Origin: Octopus sinensis
Taxonomy: Eukaryota
Assembly: GCF_006345805.1 (NCBI RefSeq)
Contig: NC_042999.1
Location: 145,638,001 to 145,702,000, forward strand
DNA: 64,000 bases
Reading direction: 5' to 3'
Shown: positions 14,111 to 27,534 of the stretch, piece after piece
Numbering within the stretch: position 1 is the stretch's first letter
Layout of the letters: each line of letters begins with the position of its first letter
The notes under the pieces: model-generated
What the model saw: the letters and a program-made list of their open reading frames with translations, nothing else
What the model was told of the DNA's origin: nothing
The model's database searches: none
Made by a program: the position numbers and the translations under genes

Positions 14111-14418
14111 TAACTGTTTGCTGCATTGCAAATGGGATATACTTAATTCTAAAATAGTTACTCTGATTCTAAACCTCACTAGTTTATTGTTATATCTAAT
14201 CAGCGTATAGCTGATTAAATTAAAAAAATTTTAATTTCTATTGAAATAATAATGTGTTCTGAAGAACCAGGTCTAAATTTAATTAGTATTCCTCATAACA
14301 TCTTATCTGTATTATGCTATTATGTTATTAGTCGCCGAAATTTTCATCTCGCGGGTATTAATAAAATCATCGCTTTTATTATTTTATCAAATTTTCTTCG
14401 ATTATTTTCTTCATTATA

Positions 14419-14870
14419 GGCGTGGGCGTGGCTCTGTGGTAAGAAACGTGCTTCCCAACCACATCATTGCGGGTTTAGACTCACTGCGTAACGCTTTGGA
14501 CAGGTGTCTTCCACTATAGACTCGGGCCGACCGAAGCCTTGTGAGTGAATTTGGTAGACGGAAACTGAAAGAAGCCCGTCATATATACATGCGTACACAC
14601 ACACACACACACACAATATATACATGTATGTGTGTATGTGTGTGTGTGTGTTTGTGTCTGTGTTTGTCACACCACTACTACTTGATAACAAGTACTGGCG
14701 GGTTTACGTCCCCGTGACTTAGCAATTCGGCAAAATAAGTCGTTACAATAAGTACTAGACTTAAGAAAGTAAGTACTAGTGTCGAGTCCTTCGAGTAAAA
14801 AATTCTTTAATGCGGTGCCCAAGCATGGCCGTCGTCTAATGACTGTAACAATTAAAAGATAAAAAATAAA
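14419..14870 (+). mobile_element. SINE family B
   Basis: Collinear similarity to 3364-3868 and 55263-55666 (CGGGCCGACC.AAGCCTTGTGAGTG.ATTTGGTAGACGGAAACTGAAAGAAGCCCGTC). Confidence 0.85.
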
Positions 14871-15917
14871 ATATGTCGTACTACAAAAAGTAGATCTCTG
14901 GATTAAAATGTACCGCTGGAATAAATTGAAAAGATATGAAATCTAAAAATACCATAAATATGCAGAAATCACAACTAAATGGGAAAAATTACATTTATAT
15001 TTCAGAAAACTATCGATAGCATTATCACAGTGCAAATACATTTACCAAGAGCTATTTTTCATCATTTTGACAGTAATCGCGATAACTTTCAAATTTATCT
15101 AAAACGTATAATTGTGGATTTCAAAGCGAATAATGTTATCAATGAGGATAAATTGAAATCCTATCTACAATCATGGATTGTTCATAAAAGTAACGATTTA
15201 ATAAACTAAATATTCGGATCCCGAAGGAGTTCATTGTTATATGATTATTACTGCTATATCGACCGGATTATTTCAAAATACTTCGCTGTTTTCTAGTCGC
15301 CCCTAATAAATTTCCCCAATGTATAATGAAAACTGATCAATTTATATGCTAAAATTGAGATGCGAATGTCGGTACGAGATTGCAAGTTCGGATATAATAT
15401 TATTGATAATTTGATGCGAGACTAAATTGACACGTTTATACCTCATCAAAAAGTATACTGTACTTATCTTCCCGGTGAAAACCCATCGCAGGATAAATTT
15501 AGGCAAAAGCGTTAAACAAGTACTTGGTGATGAAATGATATCACCATGATATTTATGATATTTTTATGGTGGATTCCAGCGAGTTTGACTTTGCCTTTCA
15601 TATATTCAGGGTTGATGAAATAAGTTCCAGTTGAGCCATGTACAGACACAAACTCATAGTTTGTTTCTGTAGCAGAATGGCTTTAAATGATATTTCTTTA
15701 ATTTCATCGAATTATGTTCAAAATAATAAATATAAAGTTACTGGGATAACATTACAAATAAAGATAATAAAAAATTCCTCACCGAGAACTGTGCCGGTGC
15801 TACATATACATATGTTTTTGAATGCATCCAAATGTCACTCAATTGATTTGTTTGAAGTCATTTACTCTGCACACATAACCCACAAACCTGTTACTTGTTC
15901 TTTTTTTCTTTCTTTCT

Positions 15918-15948
<31 letters not shown>

Positions 15949-15954
15949 ATCTCT

Positions 15955-15989
<35 letters not shown>

Positions 15990-17174
15990 GCTACCTTTTC
16001 TACCAATCTACAGTAACCTACGCTCTTTGGAGTTTGTTAGTTGCGTACAACTTTTATTCAAAACTCCTGACTCACACACCCTTACGTGTATTACGTCCAC
16101 TGCCCCTTGTTTTATACTAACAACTACACACATTTCTTCCTCCCGTAACGCCATGAGCTTATCTGAAATTCTTTTCCTCGTGAGCTTACTTTTCCTTCAG
16201 CCATCGAGTTCAACTGTTCAAGAGAAACATTAACTGCGTCGATCTTACTGTCCTGTGAAAATGCCCTAGGCATATCTCCTTTGTTCCAGACTGAATCGAT
16301 AAGAATAGTAGGGACTCTTCTAAGTTTAGTTATATTGCTTAAAATGCTTTCTTTTATTTCTGTTTTGCTTGAGCTCCATTTATCCATTGAGTTATTACTC
16401 GTGAAATTCTTTTCATTATGTAAATTTTAATACATTTTGTATGTGAAAGGTTCAAACTTATCGTCTACATTTAAATTTCAACTTAAAGTATTGAAGTATG
16501 AAAGCAAGAGCTGTATACTATTTCACATTCAATATGAGAATAATTTCATTCAATGTAGAATAATTTCATTCAAAATGAGAATATTAAAAATGAGAATAAA
16601 AAATACAGTATTTTTGCTTTAATTATTTATGTATCACTAATAATAAACATATTTTTGCGTTATATCGTTCCATCATTGACAATTAATTCATTAAGTTTAT
16701 ATATTATTTCCAAAATGCATATTACATAGTGCGTAATAAGATTTTTGGAAATATTATTAAAATGTTCATGGTTTACATGGTATAAATAAGTTGCATAGAT
16801 TCCATTAATTTAATAAATATGTTTGTTGGCAACTGACGTTGATGAAACTCTGGTATTTATTCATTTTAAGTCAATGTCCTCGGCTTATATATTATCCGTC
16901 TTCGGTAAAAAAAAAACATTCAAAAGTATATCACCGAGAAAGGGGTAATAGATATACATAACTTTAGAAAAATTAATTTATTTGAGAAAAATACTGTAAA
17001 ACAAGTGTAAATTTTTATCCTTTGGTGTTTATGTATTTCAGAGAATATAACTTGCATAATTCGAAAGCATTTAGAAAAATGATTAAAGAAACAAATAATT
17101 TTATTATATTGTCTAAGATATTGGTTTTCTTAATGTAAATTTCTTTAAAATTATTTTTCGATTCCGTTTTGTAG

Positions 17175-17331
17175 TTGTACGATTCTCGACCTGTAATTCG
17201 AAAAGGAATTTTGGTCCCAAGCAGCAAATGTGTGATGCTGCTTATAAAGACACTAAACTGGATTCAATTACTATACATCCGTCAATGCCAGGCGTTCAAG
17301 TTTGGACTGTTCCCAGAACTGGAGAATACAG
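17175..17331 (+). CDS. ALK: Internal coding exon of an ALK/LTK-family receptor tyrosine kinase (start of the TNF-like/glycine-rich extracellular domain)
   Basis: Acceptor ttccgttttgtag|TT and donor TACAG|gtaagc; 157 nt, phase 1 to phase 2. Translates (in a frame not listed in the ORF track) as xVRFSTCNSKRNFGPKQQMCDAAYKDTKLDSITIHPSMPGVQVWTVPRTGEY(S). This matches the ALK motif FTTC...GP.Q.QC..AY...G.Q.W.VP.T..Y recalled from vertebrate and fly ALK. Confidence 0.92.
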
Positions 17332-18053
17332 GTAAGCGAAAAGAAGTTTTTAAAGCAAATACTGCATATTAGAGTATTTCAGCTCCCTTAAGTGAGAATG
17401 ATTTTCATAAACTATTACTTCTCGATATTGAAAAGAGTCAATTTGTCGCCGTCAATGCGATATGGTCAGTACTATTCTCTTAATACTACAGCACTTTTAG
17501 AAACTGACTTTTAAGGAACATTTTACAAATTGTAACCATACTACTCTAAACTGCATTGCTCTGAATGCTTAATACATTGAAATTAAATATTCAGGGAATT
17601 TACTTACAGTAAAGTTTATTGAGTGTAAAGGATTTAAATATGAACTTACTGTAGTGCAAACCACAACAGTAATTTTCTGAAGCAATAAAGAGATTAAAAT
17701 ATGCGGTATTCTTCATAGCATTGACATTAATTTCATGGTCAAGGTGCTTGAATATTAGCGAGTGATCCAAATGTAAAGATTAATATTGTGTTATTGAGCA
17801 AGCATTCATTTCTATACTTGCATCGTCTTTCTTCATAGTAAATTTTATTCCATATTATCATTATTCCCTAAGCTAATGGGAATAGATGCATTATCCTGGA
17901 GTGATTCCTGACATAGACTGGTGACTCGTCAAATAAAAATCTTATCTTTCAACCGCTTACCACTGTAAAATAAAAGCATTGCATCGGACTTCAAAGTCTT
18001 AATGGGTCAGCTATTTACACTTTCTAGGATTACGCGACTCCTATAAAGTGATG

Positions 18054-18112
<59 letters not shown>

Positions 18113-18116
<4 letters not shown>

Positions 18117-18230
18117 TCTGCTCGCTTAGCCAGCAGGGTGGCGTTATTCAAAGGCTAAAACAATGCGAACGCATAGTGACCAGCGATGTGTAACAACATC
18201 TGATGGTCTGCTCGGTCACGTGATCACGTA
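18113..18230 (+). mobile_element. Short repeat fragment, probably a SINE 3' end, between (TA)n tracts
   Basis: GC-rich block AAGGCTAAAACAATGCGAA...GACCAGCGATGTGTAACAACATCTGA bounded by TA repeats. Recognised from memory of octopus repeats only. Confidence 0.45.
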
Positions 18231-20760
18231 ATATATATATATATATAAGTAATGAGAGCGAGTCCACATGTGGTCACTCTAACGCTAGATATAGATGCAC
18301 GAAGGGAATCCACCACTTAAGAATTGTTCTCAAGAATTAATTCAACGCGCCAAGAATGTAAGCGAGCAGGACAAATGAAAAATAACGAAAAAATAGATTA
18401 ACTCTATACAATTGTTTCACCGTTAATAGATTGTGTAATTTTACTTACATAATCATTTTCGGATCTTCAGTAGAGTATATCAAAAAAATATAATTTGCTG
18501 AGTCGAACGCCAACATCCACACGAAGCCGAATAAAGGCGAATGGCAAAACCGATTATATCTGATTATATATATATATATATGTAGAATTAGTTGTATCTT
18601 GGGAAAGTCATTATACCAATAACAATCACAAACACTAGTTTCTATTTCACTTCTTTTATAATTATTAGTCAATTCGTTAACACTTTGGCAACTTAATCGG
18701 AGCAAATATGAACCAGACCTGGACTAGAGAGCGCGTGTCATTGATGAGGTCGCGAATAGCGCCGAAAGGATTCACCAAGCTGACTGACAGACCTAACAAT
18801 TAATCAAACAATTGATTACTTAATTACTTAAATAGTTAACGAATTGACTAAATATAATTATAAAATGTAATATAACCATTGTGTATGTTTATTATTGGAA
18901 TAATGACGTTCCGACACCCAGAGACAATAAAATCTATTTCAGCCCACGTGCTCCGATCAGCAATCTTGCAAAGTATATACAACAACGAAATATGCAGTAG
19001 AACCTTTGTATCTGTTTCTGTTTAAAACATGTACACATGTTTTCTTATGAATGTTTTTCATGAGATGGACAACTTAGACAGTTTTCTTAATTCAAACACG
19101 CCTTAAATAAGAAAATTGGTTTATTGATGCCAAAATTGCAGAACAGCAAAGCCATCTAATGAAGTGCCACGTCCTCTAAGTCGGATATAACTGAAGGCTC
19201 ACAGAAAACAGATGGAACCTGCATCTGTTGAGTGCTATCCAAACGATTGGAAGAGGGTACTAAGGAGACATTCAAGACGATAGGATAGGGATATATTCAA
19301 ACAATTAGGACCTAATTTGTGGAGGTGGATGATGCAATCAAGGGAAGACTGTAATCTCATTGAGACAAGCAATACATAAGGACATCTCATAGTCTGATAG
19401 TTAGAGCGAGAGAGTGATATAGCGATGTATAATTTAAAACATTGTGGAAATATTCGCTTAAATTGCTATGGTTTTGTTTGCATTAGTGTTTGCTTGATCG
19501 TACAAATACTTTCTTCACGCTCTTAATTTGATGGTATTTTGTTATTATCATTGACGTGTCTCTTCTTTCCTTACTCCAATATATGTCACTATTTGGTTGA
19601 CATGGACTTTCTGTTTCTCTCCCAAGATCACCGCTTCGTCTTTTCCGTTTTTATGCTAGTGTCTGCCTGTTTGACCATGAGTCATTGCGCTTTCTGAAGT
19701 CTGCATTTCCAACCCAGTTGAATTAAAAAACATCGTACAAAGTTAACATGTTCAAGTACATTTGAACGTGGTAAATGGCTTTATACTGCAAAAATATCAC
19801 AGGGAGAAAAGATCTTCCTCTGTACAAATTTGGAGCCACGAATTGTTTATGACATCATTGGATCATTAGATGCATGTGTCTGTTTTCTTGTGCTTCGTCA
19901 GATATGAACATCAGATCTGTCTGCTTAGATCAGATGGTCTCTTATTTTCTGCATATGAAGATAGTATACACTGAGCTAATAATTTTGTTGTGTACTGAAT
20001 TAATTTTCCCTTTCGCATTTTTATTGAATTCCTCAAATTCATGAAATATACATTTCAATAAAACGTGTATTTCACTAATTTGAGGAATTGTATAAATTTG
20101 TATGCAATATAAGTTTATCGCAAAGATTGAAAAGTTAGAATAGCTGTAATTTCACTTCAGGTTAGATTCGATCGAGTAGACATGGATCCAGACCAAGCAA
20201 CACTGATCAACTCATCTTTTTGTTTGATGATGATTTTAAGGCAGTGAGACATGATTTGAAAAGATTAGTGTGTTTTTTCTAGCTGATCAAACACATAGAT
20301 ATTCCTTCGTTGGCTATGAGAGGAATGAGTGAACAGATGAACAGATGAGTTAAAGCCTAACGGTATAAACTCTCGTACATTTAGGAGTTGCATTCAAATC
20401 CCACCGTATGAAGTATTGAGGTAAACACAATAATCGTTTTTCCTTTGACCTAGTGTAGTGGATTCAATGTAATATTTATGTTGCAAGTCCAAAGTATTTC
20501 CCATATCTTTACATATTGATTTAATGTGGGAACATCAAAGTGGTTGCTTGATTTGCTAAAATTAGTAAATCTACGTTGAATCACTCCGCTTTATGGAATA
20601 ATGTACACCGTAGTTCCTTATCTTTCGCTAAACAATCGAAAGATCGTGGCGAGAATGCATATATCATAAGTCATCTTGATCAGGCTTGAAATCGGTTAAA
20701 AATATTCTTTCTGCTATAAATATATGGCCTGGAAGTTTGGGGAAATGGAAAGACGGTTGC

Positions 20761-20916
20761 ATCGACCCCAATGCATGACTAGTACACTCTTATCGACTCT
20801 GAAAAGATGAAAGCAAAGCCGAGCTCGGCGAAATTTCACATCAGAATGCAAATTCGGACGAAACGGCACTAAACATTTCGGCCGGCACGGTAGAGATTCT
20901 GCTTGTTTACCGCCTT
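20761..20916 (-). mobile_element. SINE family A, degenerate, reverse orientation
   Basis: ATCGACCCCA...TATCGACTCTGAAAAGATGAAAGCAAAGCCGAGCTCGGCGAAATTT...CCGCCTT is collinear with 2465-2695. Confidence 0.75.
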
Positions 20917-21346
20917 ATTCTTGGTTAAAATTCTACAACATAACTTACAACAAGGACACACAAAGAAAATCTAAAATCTTACTTGAATAAAGACACAACA
21001 TTGAGTTTTCACGATGGGATACTAATGTCGCAAAGCATTGATCTCATCTAAAAGATAGAAATATTCTAAATTTGAGAAACTATCCCATTTACTCTCATTA
21101 GCTTTAGGTGTGTATGTTTTGTCACGAAATATCTAATAGACCATTTCAATAATTTCTCCTTGAAATAAATATCATAATTATACAGATGAAGACATACTGA
21201 TACACATACATGCATACGTGATTACATACATACATGCATACATACATAAACATACAGACACACACACCCACATATACGTATGCTTATATGTGTGACTCTA
21301 TACATGAATAAATAAATACATATATATATATTATAAATGTATATAA

Positions 21347-21408
<62 letters not shown>

Positions 21409-21507
21409 TATAATATCATATAGCTTTTTATGTCTATAACTGCACACACATACACACATACATATATATATGCATATATATAAAGATATATATATATATA
21501 TACATGA

Positions 21508-21543
<36 letters not shown>

Positions 21544-22679
21544 ATACATACATATATTTACATATATATAAAGATATATGCATATGTGTGTATATATTTT
21601 ATATATATAGGCAAACTGATGCATCTACATATATACGTAGACATATATACAAACACATAAATATACATATATATATATACACGCGCACACACATGTATAG
21701 GTAGGTATATAAATACGAAGCTATCAATTAACATCTGAAAGAGCTCATGAACTGCAGACACCAAAAAGAACATTATAATGTGATACGGAAATGTATATTT
21801 GAAGTGGTGTCTCTTTTCAGTTTCTTTGGCACAATGTATTCTCGAATACATGATTATTTATTCATCCCTTCATTCATATGCAAATGTGTCTGTGTATGTA
21901 TGTGTGTGTGTGTGCGTGTGTGTGTGGTTCGTACACGCATATATAATACAATATTAATTCGGTTCTACGTCAGTTCCGACGATGAGTATTCCAATATAGT
22001 TACCAACTGAAGTAGCTACTCATTGAATAATTGTCCAACTCGTTCCCCACCCACAGACGCTTGTAACATTAAGTTAATCCCGTGGCAGATTCAATAAGAT
22101 ACTGTATGAGTACTCCAGCCAACTAGCTTTTACAATGTTTGTCTACTTACTTCATTCACAAGGCTGAGATCGAACAAAGGCTATACTAAAACCGCTAACA
22201 GTGGACGACATGTTGCACTTAATCACTCAGCCGTGCCTGCCTCCATACACTCATACACACAGTGCACATATACACATGCACTTCAACACATAAACACAAG
22301 CATACACATATATACATACATATATGCATACACATGTATACATATATATATACATACACTCCACGATGTTGTTTAATTTCCCTCTGCGATATTCAGTTAC
22401 CTCTTTTTACAGACACGGCGTTGGCCATGCATAAATATATTAACTAAATACAGTTAGAGTGTCGTGATGTAGTAGTACATCTACGGCAATTCCGTGAAGC
22501 AGGTACCAAGTGATAATTCTCATGGAAGGTACAGGAGTATTTGGTTTTCTTGTTGAACGCCTGACATCTTTTGCACACACACACACACACACACACAATC
22601 ACACACTCAGAATAGACATGTAAATAACAGAATTGTGAAGGAATGAGACAAAATGTCCCAATCGATAGAATGCAGCCAA

Positions 22680-23940
22680 ACTATATCCTATATTGGCATC
22701 TACCATGTCAAGAATTTCTAAAACGTATTCACAATTGTCGGGGCTATGTTCTCTCGGTATAAAATGTTAACTCAAACTTCGTAACATTCGTACTTTCCTC
22801 TAGAACGTCGTAGCTCTTGCCTATGACCATCACTTTATGTGCCAAACGAGGAGCGAACAAGTATGGCATATATCCATAAGGATCCTTAAACAGGCTATCC
22901 AATGCAGTGATATTCGTCTCTGAAAACGTTTCAACGCCAGTCGTATCAAACCTGCTGCTACAAGTTTTTCGCAACACCAAATGTTCATCTTTAAACCACA
23001 TATCCATCTATTCCAGCTGAAATTGTGGAGGCACATGGCTTAGTGGTTAGAGCATCGGACTCGCGGTCGAGGGATCGCGGGTTCGAATCTCAGATCGGGC
23101 GATGAGTGAAACACCTAAGCTCCACGCGGCTCCGGCAGAAGGCAATGGTGGAATTCTGCTGACTCTTTCGCCACAACATTCTCTCACTCTTTACTTCTGC
23201 ATCTTGCAGCTCACCTGCGACGAACCTATACGCCAAGGAAACCGGGAAACCGGCCCTAATGAGCCAGGCGTGGCTCGAGAAGGAACAGACAATTCCAGCT
23301 GAAATCGCAGAAATCCTAATCTGTCCTTATTCACTAAAGTCACAAATACTCTATGGCTATAACATCTGTGTGATCCGATGCGATTTCTCTCAGTACCTGT
23401 TAGTACAATCGAGAAATCGAGTCGGTATCTATAAGACTGCTTTGCGAGGGGTTTTACGTCTCACACTCTTATTTTGTACTCCGACACAAAACTAGAATTG
23501 TTCTACAGACCCATTCCGATCGCCCACTATGTAGAGGTGCATCGCACCTTATAAAACATCAATGATTACTCGATTCCAGGCATCATCTTAGCTGATGGTT
23601 ACATTTCGGACCAACGACTTATAACCCGTATCCAGGAAAACAATTCGCACCTCGAGGTTCACCACTTTCCGAAATAACAAGATTATGACAACCGAAAGAT
23701 ATATATATAGATCTCGTTGCCATTCAGTAAAAACACCAACAACTGTGTGCAGGAACATTTGATCGAGCTGATAACTATCATATCCAAATCTATTGGTATG
23801 GAGCCATTATTCAAGTTACTTTGATTCCTGACAAACAGGCTATTCTGGAAGGAGGAAGATGAGAATGGCTATTTGGTCCTTGGATGGACTTATCAAAAAG
23901 TTACCTGCTGTAATTCTTCGGGAAATCCCCGTTGTGAATA
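22680..23940 (+). pseudogene. Unidentified decayed coding remnant interrupted by the 23024-23291 SINE
   Basis: Non-repetitive, compositionally balanced sequence. Protein-like translation with scattered stops continues across the SINE once the SINE and one TSD are removed (TTYPS-IPAEIAEILICPYSLK). Strand and identity are uncertain. Confidence 0.4.
23024..23291 (+). mobile_element. tRNA-derived SINE flanked by a 14-bp target-site duplication
   Basis: A box TGGCTTAGTGG and B box GGTTCGAATC. ATTCCAGCTGAAAT occurs at 23010-23023 and again at 23292-23305. Confidence 0.9.
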
Positions 23941-24574
23941 TTTTTATAACTTTAGTCATAAAAATAAGAGTGTATTTATTTCAGACTATTTTCTTTCTCT
24001 CCCTGTATGTATGTATGTATGTATGTATGTATGTATGTATGTATGTATGCATGTATGTATGTTTATGTGGGGATATGTATGTAAGTATGTACGTGTGTAT
24101 ATACATATACAGATACGTACTCAAATAGACAGAAAATGAAATTGCATGCTACAGTTAAGTAACAGATACAGATATAAAGTACCTAATTTGAGTGAATTAT
24201 TCGTTTTTAAATTATATCATCAACGCAGTCTACCGACTAACAAAGTCTTTGTGATTTTAACCCTGCTAGTTAGTTTTATTTCTGACTGATTAAAAAGTCG
24301 AATATTATAGATACCTATTATTATTAGAATAATACCTATTATTATTGAACCAACTCGTCTGGAGCAAAGTATAGGGAGAACGCAAACACTTAATTCATAT
24401 GCTTCAAATACTGGGACTATAAAAACTTACAAGACCTTCTTAAGATTTGAAGAGTGTTGGTTGAAATAACCTTGCTACTGATTAGGTGGCTCTTCAAAAT
24501 TTACTCTAAAATTAGAAAGAGAAAAAGAACATACGTACATACATACATACATAAATGCATACATACACATCGAA

Positions 24575-24868
24575 CTCTAAACTGCCATTCCATCTTTTGC
24601 GACAAGGGTTCCATCTAAATCAGTCAACGGAACAGCTCGCTCGTGAAATTAGCATGCAAGCGGTTAAGCACTCCAAAGTCACGCGTTACCCTTGACATAG
24701 TCCTCAGGGAGACTCAGCGTGAAGGAGAGTGTGAAAAAAGGCTGGCCCTTTGAATTGGGGGTACAACTAATTTTTGCTCGCTGAGTGGACTGGAACAACG
24801 TGAAATAAAGTGTTTTTGCGCAAGGAGACAATGATCGTGAGCCGAATAACCTAATCACTAAGCAACGC
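24575..24868 (-). mobile_element. SINE family C, reverse orientation
   Basis: tRNA-like head at the right end (reverse complement GCGTTGCTTAGTGATTAGGTTATTCGGCTCACGATC); body GCTGAGTGGACTGGAACAACGTGAAATAAAGTG. Confidence 0.75.
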
Positions 24869-25645
24869 TTACATACATACATATGCATACGAATACATAC
24901 ATATATAAATGTACATATATATGTACATACATTCACACATACACACACATATATACATATACACACACACATACACCTCACACATATTTATATACAAGAG
25001 TTGTTACGTCTTATGTAATGAGTAAGTTTGGAAGTTTACTGTTGTTTCTGTGGGTAATATCTGGAAACATGACCGACGTGCAATAAATATAATCTTTCAT
25101 AAATTTTCTTGAATACTTCTAGAAAATAACGAAATGTATACTAATTTTCAATGGGAAATATTTATTACCTTAAAATGAAATTAGTAGAATTTTCCCACTG
25201 AATATGACGAGAAATATTTGTAATATCACCAGCAGAATCCGAACTCTGCGTCTGGTGTGCACCGTACAGCTGCGTTAACAACTGCCGTAAAAACCACAAA
25301 CACACACACACGCACACACTGAAACGCACGCAGATATGTACATACGCTAGTACGAGTTTGTATGTTTGTCTCTCACTGCTTGACAACCAGAGTGGTTTAG
25401 CTTACGTCCAATTAAACTGGACGTTTAGACAAAAGAGACAGGTGGAATAAGTAAAAGACTCTAAAGATAAATGCTGGGGGCGATCTAATCACCAATATCC
25501 TTTAAGACGGTGCTTTCAAGCATGGTCACAGTTCGAAGAATGAAACGAGTAAGGGGATAAAAGGAAATCTTTGAAACATATTTATTGGTATACACACACA
25601 CACACACGTGTGTGTGTGTATGTGTGTATGTATATGTGTGTGTGC

Positions 25646-25701
<56 letters not shown>

Positions 25702-26339
25702 ATGAATAAAGATATAAATATCATATTGATATTTCGGAATTTAAGAATCTTTATAAAATATTCACCTGCAGGTATGCAAATAAAATTACATTTGCGCTTT
25801 GACATAAGTAAAGACACCGATGTCAATTTCTGTTTAAGGAAATTATCAATTGGATGAAATTTAGCCTTAAGTGAACATCGAGATATATCTTGGTATATTT
25901 CTTGTTTGTTCAATCTACAGGGCGATTTATGTCTTCGAAAAAAGCATCATTATCTCTTAATACACACACACACACACATGCCCTGAAGCAATATCTATGC
26001 TATTTTAGCTGTAGAATATGGAACACATTTATTTGTACAGGTATGGGAATTTGTGTTATAGTGGATATATATATATATACATGCATTCATACACACACAC
26101 GCACTTGCGTGTATATATATATACATATATATATATATATGTATATATATATCCGACATGTATATCATTAAACATTCATCACGCCTGATCTTACCAAACA
26201 GTTTTGTGTAAAGAGTACAATGGAGTGTTAGGTACTTCGATACTTAGATAGGTTTCAGTCACATTGGCCCAGGCGATAGCTAATTTAAAAGAACCACCTG
26301 GAAAAGGCATTTAGTAATGTATTTTTGTATAGTTATTTT

Positions 26340-26905
26340 TAGGCAACATTGCCCATACGATTAAAGAGTTGCTGTTATGCAGCAGTATATCCGAGTGTAG
26401 GCGGTTTATCTGGAATTTGTTGGAGATATTCATCCAGGAGCTTTTTGAAGGTTATGATATCTTTTTCCTCCTTTATATGTTTTGGAATGATGTTCAAAAG
26501 AGCAGTTCCAGCTGAGGAGAAGTAGTTCTGTCTCTATGTTGTGATGTGCTGCGAGCACGATTTCTGTAGAGGACGTATGGAACGGAGATCAAGCCTATAT
26601 CGATATCATTTGGGCAATAATGTCGGAACAATTTCCGCATCATACAATTAACATGGCGCTCTCGGCGGCGCTGGAGAGAATACAGTCTGAGATTCGCGAT
26701 CGATCCCAGTAATTCAGACTAGACATGCCATCAGTTTTTTTGTTGTTGTTGTAATTGACCTCTGGGGTGCTTCAAGCTGTTTGATATTCTGGCTTGTGTA
26801 GGGGGAACATAGCGGAGAACAGTATTCAAGCGGGCGAATGTAGTAAAAAGAAGGAAAATGGCTGGAACATCTCTAGACTGGAAAGTCCTGAGGATTCGCT
26901 CATCA
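26340..26905 (-). mobile_element. CR1/L2-group LINE, decayed RT C-terminal fragment
   Basis: RILRTFQSRD...YCSPLCSPYTSQNIKQLEAPQR...DGMSSLNYWDR...LRLYSLQRRRERH...PDKPPT, with frameshifts. Confidence 0.8.
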
Positions 26906-27534
26906 GATTTAGTCGATATGGAAGAGCATGGCGACTGCTGTCGGTCAGCGGCTGTTGTGTAAAAAGGTGGTGAAACGAAAAAGTGCCAGGGGATTGGGTT
27001 AGGAGTTATGTCTCTTGGCTGTGAAGCCGGGAAGAGTTATCTTGAAGTGGGGGTAAGGTGTGTATTATTAGTGTGGTGCTCCTGGCGGGGTGGGTAGGGG
27101 TGATATGTGTAGTGGTGTCATATGAATAATTTTTTCTGGGGGTGTAGGTATATATAGCTGCGTTCGTTGGTCTGTTTTCTTTCTGTAAAGGATACAGTCG
27201 TGGGATTTTTCGTGTTACCTTGCAGTGTGTAATGCGTGTGTGTCTGTCAGGGCATCTGTGTATGTGAGTGGGTACAGTTTGTGTGCGGGAGTATGTGTTG
27301 GGGTGCCAACTTATAGGGATGTGCGTACGTGTACATGGGTGCATTGGTGTGTACTTTGGTCAAATCCTATTTGCCGGGCCCGTGGGCATTGATGGATGGT
27401 CGTTGGTGGAGGGTCGAGGTAGGGCACCTGTGATTGCAGTCATGGTGGGGCACGCAGGTAAGATAGGATGTACTTCCTTTCATGTGGGCAAGAATTAAAC
27501 ACCATAACTCCTGCTATTCAGGTAGACATCCTGG

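Noticed and set aside
17175-17372. Track ORF MYDSRPVIRKG as the gene product
   Set aside because: Wrong frame; the ALK-like translation is in another frame bounded by splice sites.
19895-19930. Small hairpin CATCAGATCT...AGATCAGATG as a pre-miRNA
   Set aside because: The stem is only ~10 bp and imperfect, too short for a miRNA precursor.
23024-23100. tRNA gene
   Set aside because: A and B boxes are present, but the sequence continues into a SINE body and is bounded by a TSD. The same reasoning applies to the heads at 3364, 55263 and 62074.
23575-23610. LAGLIDADG-like motif GIILADGYIS suggesting a homing endonuclease or intein
   Set aside because: A single short motif with no supporting second motif or intein blocks; too weak to name the fossil ORF.
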